This document shows, one piece after another, positions 9,008 through 18,876 of a DNA stretch of 64,000 nucleotides (positions are counted from its first letter, which is position 1; each line of letters opens with the position of its first letter). The stretch comes from Candidatus Collierbacteria bacterium (GTDB lineage Bacteria > Patescibacteriota > Microgenomatia > UBA1400 > JACPES01): the NCBI GenBank assembly GCA_016219325.1, contig JACRNH010000002.1, forward strand, positions 3,862 to 67,861. Reading direction: 5' to 3'. The position numbers and the translations under genes were made by a program. Below the pieces are notes generated by a model that saw only the letters and a list, made by a program, of their open reading frames with translations, was not told the DNA's origin and did not search any database.

Positions 9008-10162
9008 TTACTTTCTCAATAATTTTCTCTTCTCAAGCAACGGTTTCAGCCGTTCGTCATGGCGGATTGTATTGATTAAATCGGCAAAGTCGCTGTCCAA
9101 CCGTGAGGCCTGTCTTGGATCATGAAGATCGATTTTTAGTTCTTCCAAAGGGTTAATTATTTGCGGGGGTTCGGAAAGAATTATATGTTTGATTTCAACG
9201 TGGTCATGCGGTTTGATCACCCTGATATCTCCGACTTTAACTTTAATACTGGTTCCTGCCGGTTTAATTTTATCAGGTAAAGCAAGTCCCATTTGAGCCA
9301 GTAAATGAAGTGAGGCCTTCATCGCAATTTGGCCAGCTTCGGTTATAGGGAAAAATTTCCGGCCGGTTTTGTAATCGGTGATTTTGACAAACCTTTCATT
9401 GTCCGGCATGTTAACTTTAACAAGATTATCAGGAGCGGCGGAAAATGAAGTCCTGTCCCGAAATAAAAGAGTATTAAGTCTCGGTTCGCTAAGACTTCCC
9501 CCGGGACCATAATCTGAAGAAACGATGGTTTGACTTTGACGTTGATCCATTAGTAGGGCTACGGCGTTAAATATCGTTTGATCCATGTTCCGTTTATCCC
9601 ATTCAAGCGCGAAATCATCGTTTTCCTCTCCAATTTCCGTTTCGGGCAAAGGTAAATTAACCGTAAATGGAGAATTTTCTCTTGCGTGATGAACAACTCT
9701 GGCGGCAATATTCATAGCAATTGATTTATGGGCCGGAGCAAAAATGTCTCTGGCGCTGTGTAAATTGGGATGGGCGAGTTGACTGTCGTCTAATAGCGCC
9801 AACGCCAATCTCACAGGTTGTTTTTTTTCAGTCGGAGCCATTCTGGCCGCGAGCTTAACCAGATTATGATGATGGAGTTGAGCAACTTCATGAGTTTGGG
9901 CCGGTTGGACGGATGAATTTATGTCAATTAACTCGACTGCCAGATGCAACAATCTTCCGGCTTCTATGGCAATTTTTCTATCTGTTGAAGGTTGAGAAAA
10001 TTGTTCTATCGGAATTTCCGGATGTTCCATAGCGTGGGTTATAATTTCCAGCCTTGAAGAAGAGAGGGGAATTAGCGGTTCGCCTGGGCGGCAGAGTTTA
10101 ATCCTGACAATGTCAGGCTGATCGGTCAGTTCTGGTAGCGTGTACTGAAACGCTTCAGGCAT
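9008..10162 (-). CDS. hypothetical protein with PD-(D/E)xK nuclease-like motif
   Basis: APDNLVKV...ITDYKTG. Confidence 0.55.
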   Translation of the reverse strand: MPEAFQYTLPELTDQPDIVRIKLCRPGEPLIPLSSSRLEIITHAMEHPEIPIEQFSQPSTDRKIAIEAGRLLHLAVELIDINSSVQPAQTHEVAQLHHHNLVKLAARMAPTEKKQPVRLALALLDDSQLAHPNLHSARDIFAPAHKSIAMNIAARVVHHARENSPFTVNLPLPETEIGEENDDFALEWDKRNMDQTIFNAVALLMDQRQSQTIVSSDYGPGGSLSEPRLNTLLFRDRTSFSAAPDNLVKVNMPDNERFVKITDYKTGRKFFPITEAGQIAMKASLHLLAQMGLALPDKIKPAGTSIKVKVGDIRVIKPHDHVEIKHIILSEPPQIINPLEELKIDLHDPRQASRLDSDFADLINTIRHDERLKPLLEKRKLLRK

Positions 10163-10198
10163 AGGCTCTTTCCTGCTAGTATATAATATCGTAAATTT

Positions 10199-10462
10199 AT
10201 GAAAAAATTTTCAAGTGAAAATCCGGGAACTGTCGAAGTTTTCAAAGATCCGTTTACCGGGTATTGGGAAGTTCGACCGCAAAAAGCAGGGAATGGTTAC
10301 GGCGATTTGGCGGAAATAAACATTGACTGTTTGACGATGATCGGTCATCTTGATATGCAGCCGGATACGACAGACAGGGGTGATTTTTTGTCTTCATTAA
10401 GTGAGCAGGCGCGGCAGAAAGAATTGCTGGAAGATCTAAAAAGAATAATGGGCACAGGCTGA
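10199..10462 (+). CDS. hypothetical protein
   Basis: 87-aa ORF preceded by TATAAT. Confidence 0.55.
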   Translation: MKKFSSENPGTVEVFKDPFTGYWEVRPQKAGNGYGDLAEINIDCLTMIGHLDMQPDTTDRGDFLSSLSEQARQKELLEDLKRIMGTG

Positions 10463-10510
10463 AAATCACCTCTTGACAAAGTTCCAAGATTATATAATAA
10501 TAGTTATATT

Positions 10511-11185
10511 ATGATTGATCATATCGCTGCGGCCAAGATAGCGGTTGATTTGGGAGTCAGCCCGGAAGTGGTATTGATGGAAGCTTACCAAATGTTGATT
10601 TTAGACGGCTTGGCTTCGACTCCATTTTCCAAGAATTTGGTTTTTAAGGGCGGGACTTGCCTGCGATTGGCGCATCAGTCCTTCCGGTTTTCTGAAGATT
10701 TGGATTTTTCCATGTTGAAACCGATAACCTTTTTAAATTTCAAGAGGGGGATTGAAATAATTGTCAATAAATATCCGGAAATAAGGATAGAAGATATATT
10801 TGATATGAAACAAACTCTGTTCGCAAAATTAATAATTTCAGTGATGGGAAAAAAAGTCGGGATTAAAATAGAAATTTCTAAACGGAAAGAGCCGTGGCGC
10901 AGAGAGAACGATTATAAATTGAGATTATTGCAGTCTTCAACCAGCGGCTTGAATCCGTTGATATATTCCGCAACTTTGGAACGGATATATTCGGATAAAT
11001 TAACAGCAGTTAAAAACCGTAAAAAACCGCGGGATTGGTTTGATTTATGGTTTTTGTCGCAAAAATTGAATAAAAAATGGCGGAAAAGAATTCCTTTGTC
11101 CAGAAAATTAATGTTGGACAGAGTCAGATTTTTATTGCCAAAATCGAAACGGCTGATTTTGGAGGAATTTCAATATGAAAATTGA
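10511..11185 (+). CDS. AbiEii/AbiGii-family nucleotidyltransferase toxin
   Basis: LVFKGGTCLRL..RFSEDLDFS, K..A...RKKPRDWFDL. Confidence 0.92.
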   Translation: MIDHIAAAKIAVDLGVSPEVVLMEAYQMLILDGLASTPFSKNLVFKGGTCLRLAHQSFRFSEDLDFSMLKPITFLNFKRGIEIIVNKYPEIRIEDIFDMKQTLFAKLIISVMGKKVGIKIEISKRKEPWRRENDYKLRLLQSSTSGLNPLIYSATLERIYSDKLTAVKNRKKPRDWFDLWFLSQKLNKKWRKRIPLSRKLMLDRVRFLLPKSKRLILEEFQYEN

Positions 11186-11741
11186 CGTTTTTTTGAAAAC
11201 CATTAAAGAATTCCCAAAGCCTTTTTATAAACTAGTGGATTTTGAGAAAATTTTTCATCAGAATAAAATCACGATTCAAAAGTCTATTGAGAGATTGATT
11301 AGAGTAGGAGTGGTTGATCGCTTGATAAAAGATGTTTATATTTTAACTGATAAATCAGTAGATTTAACAAGCATAGCTTCGGCTCTTTACCAGCCAAGTT
11401 ACTTAAGTTTTGAGTCGGTCCTTTTTAAGCATGGAATTATAAATCAACCGCCGTTTGGAGCTACTTTCGCTACTGCCAGAAGATCAAAAAAACTGGATTT
11501 AAGCAACGGTGAGTTTTGGTTTTCTCAAATTAAGCCGGCATTGTGGTGGGGATTCGAGTTGCAAGACGGTATATATGCGGCTGTTCCCGAAAAAGCCATA
11601 GTTGACATGTTGTACTTAAGAAGTTTAGGCCAAAGGCTATTTGATACGGATGAATGGTATTTGAAGTCTGTTGATAAAAAATTATTAAAGTCGTATTTGC
11701 AAAAAGCTAGAATTCCATGGGCCAAATTTGATTTAGTTTGA
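11175..11741 (+). CDS. AbiEi-family (type IV TA) antitoxin / transcriptional regulator
   Basis: PSYLSFESVL..HGII.Q, PEKAIVDMLYL. Confidence 0.88.
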   Translation: MKIDVFLKTIKEFPKPFYKLVDFEKIFHQNKITIQKSIERLIRVGVVDRLIKDVYILTDKSVDLTSIASALYQPSYLSFESVLFKHGIINQPPFGATFATARRSKKLDLSNGEFWFSQIKPALWWGFELQDGIYAAVPEKAIVDMLYLRSLGQRLFDTDEWYLKSVDKKLLKSYLQKARIPWAKFDLV

Positions 11742-11764
11742 CGTATTATGATAAAATTCGTGCC

Positions 11765-12649
11765 ATGAGTTTCAAAGAATCAGTAGAGGGTTTGGTTGGC
11801 GTTGCCGCAAAAATTGCGAAATTAGGAATAGAAGAAAAAACTCCTCAACCCCGTTTGGTTGAACCAATGTCGTGGCAGGAAGTAGCTCGATTGAATGTTA
11901 ATACAAAATTGGAACGGCAGGATTTTTTACCTGGCGACGATGGGCTTTTATATTTGAAAAATACAGAAAGCAATAGAGAATTAATTGATAGGTTGTATAC
12001 AAGTTATTTATCGAAAACTGGAACGACTCCAATTGTCAGAACTAAAACTTTTAAAAATGGCCAAACTGTGATTGATCTGCCCTTGCTCCACGCTCAAAGG
12101 GAAATTGCTTCCAGTCCGGAGTTTCGAGTCAGAATTCCAGAATTATACGGCGCAGAGCCAGACGAAAAAGGAGAATTGGATTTTTGTAAAATCGGTTTAG
12201 AGAACCAAGAATTAATGGCTAAATTTGCGCTTGCCCAAATACCCTCGATTCATATCCAGGAAAGGCTAGAAAGATCAGCAACTTTTTCAGGAAGAATAAA
12301 AAATGTTGAAGAGGATGCGATCGGCGCAGTAAAAGTTGTTGTTCCGATAGTCGCGAGTTTCACTCTAAAACTTGACAAAGAATTGCATCAAGAACTTAAA
12401 GTTGCTTCAGGGCAGATTGGGGGAGTAGCTAGTGAAAGTGCCAAACAATTGGGTACTAAAACAATAAATGTTTTGGGTGAGGCGAGTAAGCGGGCAATGG
12501 AGATTGGGGATGATAATAAACAAGTTGATTTGATTACCGATGTTATCGCTAGATTGGCAGTAATCGGCCTTAAAGGAAGCAAACAAAATAGAGTTGACTT
12601 TGTGGCGAAGTTTACGAAACTTCACATCATCTTATTTGCCGTTTCGTAA
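11765..12649 (+). CDS. hypothetical protein
   Basis: Long ORF; start MSFKES lies 7 nt after TGnTAAAAT; 3' end carries palindromic element 12605-12654. Confidence 0.6.
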   Translation: MSFKESVEGLVGVAAKIAKLGIEEKTPQPRLVEPMSWQEVARLNVNTKLERQDFLPGDDGLLYLKNTESNRELIDRLYTSYLSKTGTTPIVRTKTFKNGQTVIDLPLLHAQREIASSPEFRVRIPELYGAEPDEKGELDFCKIGLENQELMAKFALAQIPSIHIQERLERSATFSGRIKNVEEDAIGAVKVVVPIVASFTLKLDKELHQELKVASGQIGGVASESAKQLGTKTINVLGEASKRAMEIGDDNKQVDLITDVIARLAVIGLKGSKQNRVDFVAKFTKLHIILFAVS

Positions 12650-12743
12650 ACTTCTGACCGATTCACGAAGAAATTTGACTTCGGGTTTTTTAGTGGTATA
12701 CTGCTCGTCACATATCTAATGTGTAAGTTTTTGACTAATATAT

Positions 12744-13661
12744 ATGAAAGCAACAAAAGCAGAGCTAGGTTTAGGTCTTAATCCAGCAGTTGATTTAGGA
12801 GTCGATTGCTCTATTGGCATTAGCGATCTCAATGAAGTGGTTTTTGATGCTGTGGGCCAAGCTGCCATTGCCGGAGTTGATTTTGCCGGTAAACATAGAG
12901 GAACAATAAAAGGATTGGTATTAGGATTTGGTTGGGCAGGATTAATAGCTGCTGGCGGGAAATCTCCAGAAAGTACTCCGTCAGCGGGAATTATGGAAAC
13001 AGTTATAAACAACCCTTTTTGGGTTATGGCTGCCTGGGGGGCCGCAGGGGCGATTTATGGAGCGTTGTATTCTTCCGTTAGAGGAGTTGAGGCATATCGT
13101 AGACAGGAAAGATATTTGTCAGGAGCTCCTACAGAAATGATAAGGGCTAACAGTGAAGCATATTTAAGAAATACTCTTGACAAATTAGAAAAGCAGGCAG
13201 AAAAAGAAGCGAAAGCAGAGGCTGCAGAGTCTGGTGAGAATGATCCAATAAAACATTCTCAACGAAAAACCGATATCCTTGCAAGATTGAGATTAACCAA
13301 TAATGCCTTTGCCCCTGTTGATCCATTGGAAAAATCTAGACCAATAACATTAAAAACCATCGGAAGAGAAATTTTTAATACAACTATTGCGGAGGGGTTT
13401 GAGGGATTGGATATTGGAGTTAAGCTAGCGTTGGTTCCAGCTTATTATGCTACCCAGTCCCAGCTAAATACAAGTCTTATTCTTGAGGCTCAAAAAGCTG
13501 GCGCCAACTATCAAAAACTGATGGATATGGTTTTAGCTAATAACGCTCAGACGATTGGAGTTGTAATTTTGGCTTCTGCCGCCCTTATCGCAGATATTAA
13601 AACATCGATTCAACAACGGGCGATGAAATTTCTTTCCCCAATAGGGCAACAAGAAGAATAA
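12744..13661 (+). CDS. hypothetical membrane protein
   Basis: 305 aa with Gly/Ala-rich hydrophobic segments. Confidence 0.6.
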   Translation: MKATKAELGLGLNPAVDLGVDCSIGISDLNEVVFDAVGQAAIAGVDFAGKHRGTIKGLVLGFGWAGLIAAGGKSPESTPSAGIMETVINNPFWVMAAWGAAGAIYGALYSSVRGVEAYRRQERYLSGAPTEMIRANSEAYLRNTLDKLEKQAEKEAKAEAAESGENDPIKHSQRKTDILARLRLTNNAFAPVDPLEKSRPITLKTIGREIFNTTIAEGFEGLDIGVKLALVPAYYATQSQLNTSLILEAQKAGANYQKLMDMVLANNAQTIGVVILASAALIADIKTSIQQRAMKFLSPIGQQEE

Positions 13662-13671
13662 GTCTCTGTTT

Positions 13672-14511
13672 TTAAGTTAAATCGAAGCTTTCTAGTACTC
13701 GTTTATTTACAAAATATTTCGAAGCTTTTATTTCGCCTTCTTTTTCAGCAAGAACAACTGCTTGGACAGAAGCTCTATTTGCGTAAGCTTGCTTTTTAGC
13801 ATAGTCAAGATTTGCCTGCGGCCTTTGATAGAGTTTTTCTACTGCACTTTTAAAGCGATTAGATCCAAAAATATCTTCCAGTTCAGCTAAACGGCTAAAT
13901 TCGGTAAAAAGTTCAACAGAGGCCTCTTCCGTATCGAGTGTTGAAACAAATATTGGGCGTGGTTTGCCAATGGTATCTTCAACTACCTGAACAGTGCCAT
14001 TTTGGAGTTTTTGCTGAAAATCTTGTTTAACCCTTTGCAGCTCATCATATAAAATCTCTACTCGAAGATTAATTTCCGGACAAATACGGTTACCAATGTC
14101 TAACTGGCGGTATCTAACATGGAAGCTGGCTTCGCTAAGTTGGCTTAGTTTTCTTTGGGTTTCCGATTCTCTTCTGCTTGGAGGAATAATCACATTAGCG
14201 AAACCCTCTGATAGCGAAACCGCAACTGCCAAAAATGGTTGAGTTACTAAAAGGTTTGTTGTAAATTCCAAATCTCTTCCGGGAGCAGATGCTATTTCGC
14301 TTAATCTTAGATTTGTTTCGGCTTCTTTGTTTCTTAATAATCTTGATATTTTTTGGGCAGCGGTTTCAATCCTAGGGGATTTTACCGGGGCGGTAGTTTC
14401 TGTTGGCGATAGGAAAGAAGGGGGAGTTGTCACTTTCCCCAAGCCTTTAATGACCATAGATCTCGGTTCACACAGAGTTAGTTCGGTTTCTCTTTCTATT
14501 AGAGGTTTCAT
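13672..14511 (-). CDS. hypothetical protein
   Basis: 279-aa ORF. Confidence 0.6.
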   Translation of the reverse strand: MKPLIERETELTLCEPRSMVIKGLGKVTTPPSFLSPTETTAPVKSPRIETAAQKISRLLRNKEAETNLRLSEIASAPGRDLEFTTNLLVTQPFLAVAVSLSEGFANVIIPPSRRESETQRKLSQLSEASFHVRYRQLDIGNRICPEINLRVEILYDELQRVKQDFQQKLQNGTVQVVEDTIGKPRPIFVSTLDTEEASVELFTEFSRLAELEDIFGSNRFKSAVEKLYQRPQANLDYAKKQAYANRASVQAVVLAEKEGEIKASKYFVNKRVLESFDLT

Positions 14512-14633
14512 GCTTTTGGCTATTATTCCTAATCATGGGTATAATAGATAGATACAGTTTATATTATACCACTTTTCCCTCATCCAGCCGTGATTTGAGC
14601 CTTTATCACCTTTTCAACCTGGCTTTTTACGTT

Positions 14634-14972
14634 TCATCCATTGGATCCAGGAAGCGAGAAGTCAAGCATCCCCGGAAGAATTATCACGCCCGGTGATCCG
14701 CCGTCGCCGAGTGAGGCATCAAGATTTAGCCCATGAAATCCAAAGGATAATCTGTTAAGCGATTCGTCTGTCGCGACAACTACTCCTTCTTTAAACTTAA
14801 ATTTAGCATTGAAGCAATTCAATTTTGTTTTAAAAACTTCATCACCTTCAACGGAAAATCCACTGGGAAACGGAACAATCAGCACTTCCCCATTTTTTTT
14901 GCTATCCACATAGCGCGTGGCTTTTTTAAGATATACCGTTTTACCGTTTTTATATTCGATTAAAGCCCCCAT
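14634..14972 (-). CDS. hypothetical protein
   Basis: 112-aa ORF. Confidence 0.5.
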   Translation of the reverse strand: MGALIEYKNGKTVYLKKATRYVDSKKNGEVLIVPFPSGFSVEGDEVFKTKLNCFNAKFKFKEGVVVATDESLNRLSFGFHGLNLDASLGDGGSPGVIILPGMLDFSLPGSNG

Positions 14973-15061
14973 AGTTAATCTATTCTATTGATTCAAAATT
15001 ACCCTGCAACAATAGCATGCAAGCGTTTATTTCACAATAACTAAGTTGTGCCATTATTTAG

Positions 15062-15170
15062 TCTATATTCTAAACTTATATTCTAAATTTTCTATTCTAC
15101 ATTCTATATCTTAAATTCTGTAGTTTAGATTTTAGGCTATAGTTAGTTTCAGTTTTAAATTTAAATTGAG
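15062..15170. repeat. degenerate heptamer array with loose inverted counterpart
   Basis: TATATTC/TAAATTC/TACATTC-like units 15062-15120, then TAGTTTA/GATTTTA-like units. Confidence 0.6.
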
Positions 15171-15178
15171 ATAAGTTA

Positions 15179-15258
15179 TCAATACTTTCGTCCTTCAGCA
15201 GAAAAGTATAGAGAATATTGTCAATACTTCAATCCTCCAGTAGAGAAGTATTGACAAT
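15179..15258. repeat. two copies of a ~40-bp palindromic repeat upstream of the PaaX-like gene
   Basis: ATTGTCAATACTT-caatcctccagtagag-AAGTATTGACAAT (15217-15258); degenerate copy 15179-15212; includes TTGACA 15251-15256. Confidence 0.8.
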
Positions 15259-15288
15259 TATTATATTAACTGAAACAATGGTCTAGAA

Positions 15289-16125
15289 ATGGGAAGAGGT
15301 CTAAAAACATCTAATTTAATATCCAGAATTACCGGAGAATTGACCACAACCGCAATGGATTTAGTGGTTTTAAGCGCAGCGTTTGGCGGTGGATTAATTT
15401 TATTTGGCCCAAGCGGTAAAGATCTTTATACTGATAAGAAATTAAATGACGCTTTACGAGTTAGTTCTTTAATGTATAAAAAATGGAATAAATCATCATT
15501 CCGGAGGGCGGTCGGGCGGTCCATAGGCAACGGGCTATTAAAAAAAGTCGAATATGGATTTGGACTGACTGTGGATGGGGAAAAACGGTTGCGTACAATT
15601 TTGCCTGAATATAAACGGTCAAGACAATGGGACGGAAAATTATGGTTGATCGCTTATGATATTCCGGATAAAAAGAGAAGGATCAGAGATAAATTAAGAA
15701 AATGGTTGCTAGAAATTGGTTGCCGGGCGTTGCAGGAATCAATCTGGTTATCGATTAAAGATCCGACGTCTTGGATTAAAGATTTTGTCGCCGGAAATAA
15801 AAAAGGGAGCATTATCGTTTCTTGTTTAGGAAAAGATGGAAGCGTTGGCGGAGAGACTTTGCCTGAATTATTGGACAGAGTATTCGGACTATCTAAATTA
15901 AACAAGGAATATATAAAATGGATTGAATCATCGGAAAAAAATCTAGACAATGAAGAAGGAAAAATTGGGTTGGCGTTTAGATATTTATTTTTATTGCGTC
16001 GTGATCCAATGTTTCCGAAAGAGCTATTGCCAAAAGATTGGGTTGGCGATAAAGCCATGGATATTTTTGACAAAGAATATCGTTCAGAATTGGATATTAG
16101 TCAATATCTGAATATTCGAGAATAA
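15289..16125 (+). CDS. PaaX-family regulator with Cas2-like central domain
   Basis: WDGKLWLIAYDIPDKKRRIRDKLRKWL..IG...LQESIWL; DPMFPKELLPKDWVG PaaX C-terminus. Confidence 0.85.
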   Translation: MGRGLKTSNLISRITGELTTTAMDLVVLSAAFGGGLILFGPSGKDLYTDKKLNDALRVSSLMYKKWNKSSFRRAVGRSIGNGLLKKVEYGFGLTVDGEKRLRTILPEYKRSRQWDGKLWLIAYDIPDKKRRIRDKLRKWLLEIGCRALQESIWLSIKDPTSWIKDFVAGNKKGSIIVSCLGKDGSVGGETLPELLDRVFGLSKLNKEYIKWIESSEKNLDNEEGKIGLAFRYLFLLRRDPMFPKELLPKDWVGDKAMDIFDKEYRSELDISQYLNIRE

Positions 16126-16138
16126 GTTTATTGAGAAA

Positions 16139-16178
16139 ATTGTCAATACTTTAATCCTCCAGTAACGGTCTATTGACA
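16139..16178. repeat. third copy of the PaaX-flanking repeat
   Basis: ATTGTCAATACTTTAATCCTCCAGTAACGGTCTATTGACA, direct repeat of 15217-15256. Confidence 0.8.
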
Positions 16179-16296
16179 GTTTTGAGTTAATTTAACGGAA
16201 GGATAGATCTTTTGTTTTTTTGGGATAACGCTAATGTGGGGGGAATGGTCGAAGTGGTAAAATGCAAGACAGATTTGTTTGTAGGAGATAAAGAAA

Positions 16297-16641
16297 ATGT
16301 CTAAGAGTCCAGATTTTGATAGTCCTGAATTTTTAAGGTTAAGCGCCGCGAATTTATTTGTTCCGGGAGATGAGGGGCAAAAGAGATTGGCAATAGAATT
16401 GTTGGCTAAGGCGGGATTTCATCCGGAAAGACATAACGTTGGGGCTACTAGAATTGAAAGAATAGATGGCCAAGATGTTGTTCTGAGGGGGGAATTTATC
16501 GCCATTGCCGGTTTGGGATTGGAAGCAAACGTTGAAAAAAGAGCTCAAAAATGTATGGAGGCTTTGGGAATTGCCGGAGCAAATACTCAATTGCTTTGGG
16601 CGACTTCAAGTTTAGAAATTTTTGATATTAGAAGAACCTAG
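16297..16641 (+). CDS. hypothetical protein
   Basis: 114 aa; AGGAG upstream. Confidence 0.6.
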   Translation: MSKSPDFDSPEFLRLSAANLFVPGDEGQKRLAIELLAKAGFHPERHNVGATRIERIDGQDVVLRGEFIAIAGLGLEANVEKRAQKCMEALGIAGANTQLLWATSSLEIFDIRRT

Positions 16642-17237
16642 CCTCTTTTTTCCCGCATCCTCTGAAAGCGTTGCAGTTCATACGGCGAACGGAATCCTCC
16701 CGTTCCATTGGTTAATACGCTTAACCGGAAATTGGAAGGGGTTTGATGCAACTGCTGCAATCTGATAGCATGCGCAGTTCTTGAATCAACAATTTTGTGT
16801 GTGGCCGTAAGCGGTCGCATTCCGTGAAGAGGAACTGTAGTTTTTTGCTTTTTAGCGGATAGGAGAGTTCGTCTGGTTTCAGATATTACCCCAGCCGCTT
16901 CCTCGATTAAACTACCGAGATCTAAAATTATTGACGCTTCAGTATCATTTGGATGATGAGGCCGGAATTCTGCGCCTCGGAATATTCCGCCTTGGGCCAT
17001 TAAAATTCTGGATTGTCTGGAATATGGCGATAAATCAATTTGATGTTTTAGAGGGGTAACCGTTAGCCTTCCCAATATTTTTCTTCTGTCCGGAGCAACA
17101 ATTAAAGCTTGAACTAAAATGCCATCGCCCAATTCATCCCCGAATAAAGTTTTTCCGGTTATAGGGTCAATCAATCTTTGGTCTTCAGGATCAAAGTCGG
17201 GGATTTGCTCGTGGATTAATTCTCTGGTTCTGGCCAC
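16638..17237 (-). CDS. hypothetical protein
   Basis: 199-aa ORF, GTG start. Confidence 0.55.
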   Translation of the reverse strand: MARTRELIHEQIPDFDPEDQRLIDPITGKTLFGDELGDGILVQALIVAPDRRKILGRLTVTPLKHQIDLSPYSRQSRILMAQGGIFRGAEFRPHHPNDTEASIILDLGSLIEEAAGVISETRRTLLSAKKQKTTVPLHGMRPLTATHKIVDSRTAHAIRLQQLHQTPSNFRLSVLTNGTGGFRSPYELQRFQRMREKRG

Positions 17238-17258
17238 GAATTTATTGTATCAGGTTAT

Positions 17259-18797
17259 TTAACCTTTTTTCGTTTGAAGAAAATCAATAAGAGACCTTAG
17301 ATCAGTCGGCTTAAATTTATTAGAAATTCCTCCATGCATTTTCATAGCATCTAGAATGCCGGGGAGTTTCTCGATTGGAATTTGCCCAAAAGGCTTCAAT
17401 TTACCCTTTTGTGTTTCAGGAATTTCAACTGTTCGTGATTCTAATAACTCCTGGATAGTCGAAACTCCCAATTTTCTAGCTATATTGGCAACTTCAAGCA
17501 CAGTGTTAGAAAAATCGTCTTGAACATCATCGAACACACCCCTTCTTTTTTTGGCTTTGTTACCCGGCGCTCCCATCTCTTTTGATAGTCTTTGGCCAGT
17601 TGCTTGCTCAGCAAAAGAAACGATATCTCTAGTTTTCCAGACGCCATTTCTGTCAAAAGTTAATGCATCTGTTAAAACTGCCAAATCTAGTGTTTGTGTT
17701 TCTTTTTTTAACGGTTTCAGATCAAACGGCCGGGCATCGCGGCCGGCCATTTTCGTAACCGGAGCAACTTCTTCGGGTTTTGCTACTTGAAATATCGGTT
17801 CTTCTGCAATCGTAATTTCGACAGGAGCAGGGACAGTGGCTTTGAGAGCGTTAACTAAGATTATCAAGCTTTCCCGATCTTTTAAGTCTTCTCCCGTAAC
17901 GGCGCCTTGCGCCATTAAATCTAAGGCATGATCTACGGTCTCTTCGTTTAATTCGAGGCGCAACTCGGTAGCTAAAAACCTTGGCATTGTTCTTATAACA
18001 TGAGCTTTCAACATTGGTTTTCCGGAAGTCTTTTCTAGCGTCGATAGGTCTATTCCTCTTTTTACTAAAAGGGCGTTTAAATCAACGTCTTCAGGCATAG
18101 TCAGAGTTTGATATTTACGGCGTTCTTGCAATCTGGCAACAATTTGATTATTTATCGGTTCATCCGGTCTGGTAAAAAGAGAGGCCATCTTTGTGGTGGC
18201 GTCATCAACAATTTGATCTAGATTATTCGCCTGAAGGGCGTTTGATTTAATGGTTGTAGGAGATTCGGCAATAACCGGCATGGTCGATGAAAACATCGCG
18301 GCCAAAAATGTCGGGGGGATTGGCCGATCTCCGTACCTTTCTATTACAGAAGTGAATCCCGCCTCCAATTTGCCGGAGTGTGTTTTGGCATTTTTTAACT
18401 GTTGAGCTTGAAAATCAAGATCTTCCAACGCTTCGGAAATTTTAAGTCTTTGGGTTTCAAGTTGAGTGAGTGAATTTCTATAAGAAGCGGTCTCGGCCAA
18501 TATTGTTTCTGGTGCAATGTTCGGTTTTGTAATTTTGTCTCTAAAATCAGCATCGGTATTTGTGATTTGCCCGGCTATATTTTCAGCGTCCGCGGATAAT
18601 AAATTTATTTTTCCGGTTGTATCAGTTTGAGCCAGCTTAAGTAAAGCTAGGTCTTCTCCAAGCATCAGTCCGAGAAGTTGGCCAACGGTCGGCATTTCTG
18701 TATTTAATAATCCGGTTAGTTTCTCCTGAACCACAGGTTTTCTAGCTGGAAGATACTGTTCAAGGTTTAATTCTGCTGGATTTGGTGATTTAGCCAT
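17259..18797 (-). CDS. hypothetical protein (N-terminal coiled coil)
   Basis: 512-aa ORF. Confidence 0.65.
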   Translation of the reverse strand: MAKSPNPAELNLEQYLPARKPVVQEKLTGLLNTEMPTVGQLLGLMLGEDLALLKLAQTDTTGKINLLSADAENIAGQITNTDADFRDKITKPNIAPETILAETASYRNSLTQLETQRLKISEALEDLDFQAQQLKNAKTHSGKLEAGFTSVIERYGDRPIPPTFLAAMFSSTMPVIAESPTTIKSNALQANNLDQIVDDATTKMASLFTRPDEPINNQIVARLQERRKYQTLTMPEDVDLNALLVKRGIDLSTLEKTSGKPMLKAHVIRTMPRFLATELRLELNEETVDHALDLMAQGAVTGEDLKDRESLIILVNALKATVPAPVEITIAEEPIFQVAKPEEVAPVTKMAGRDARPFDLKPLKKETQTLDLAVLTDALTFDRNGVWKTRDIVSFAEQATGQRLSKEMGAPGNKAKKRRGVFDDVQDDFSNTVLEVANIARKLGVSTIQELLESRTVEIPETQKGKLKPFGQIPIEKLPGILDAMKMHGGISNKFKPTDLRSLIDFLQTKKG

Positions 18798-18876
18798 ATT
18801 TTTTGTATGTTGATATAAACGATAAATTTTGCTATTGTATCGGGTATTATAATAGTTTTAATAAAGCTGTCAACCT

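Noticed and set aside
15179-16178. CRISPR array with cas2
   Set aside because: Only three degenerate repeats, no regular unique spacers, no cas1 or effector genes; the protein has a PaaX-type C-terminus
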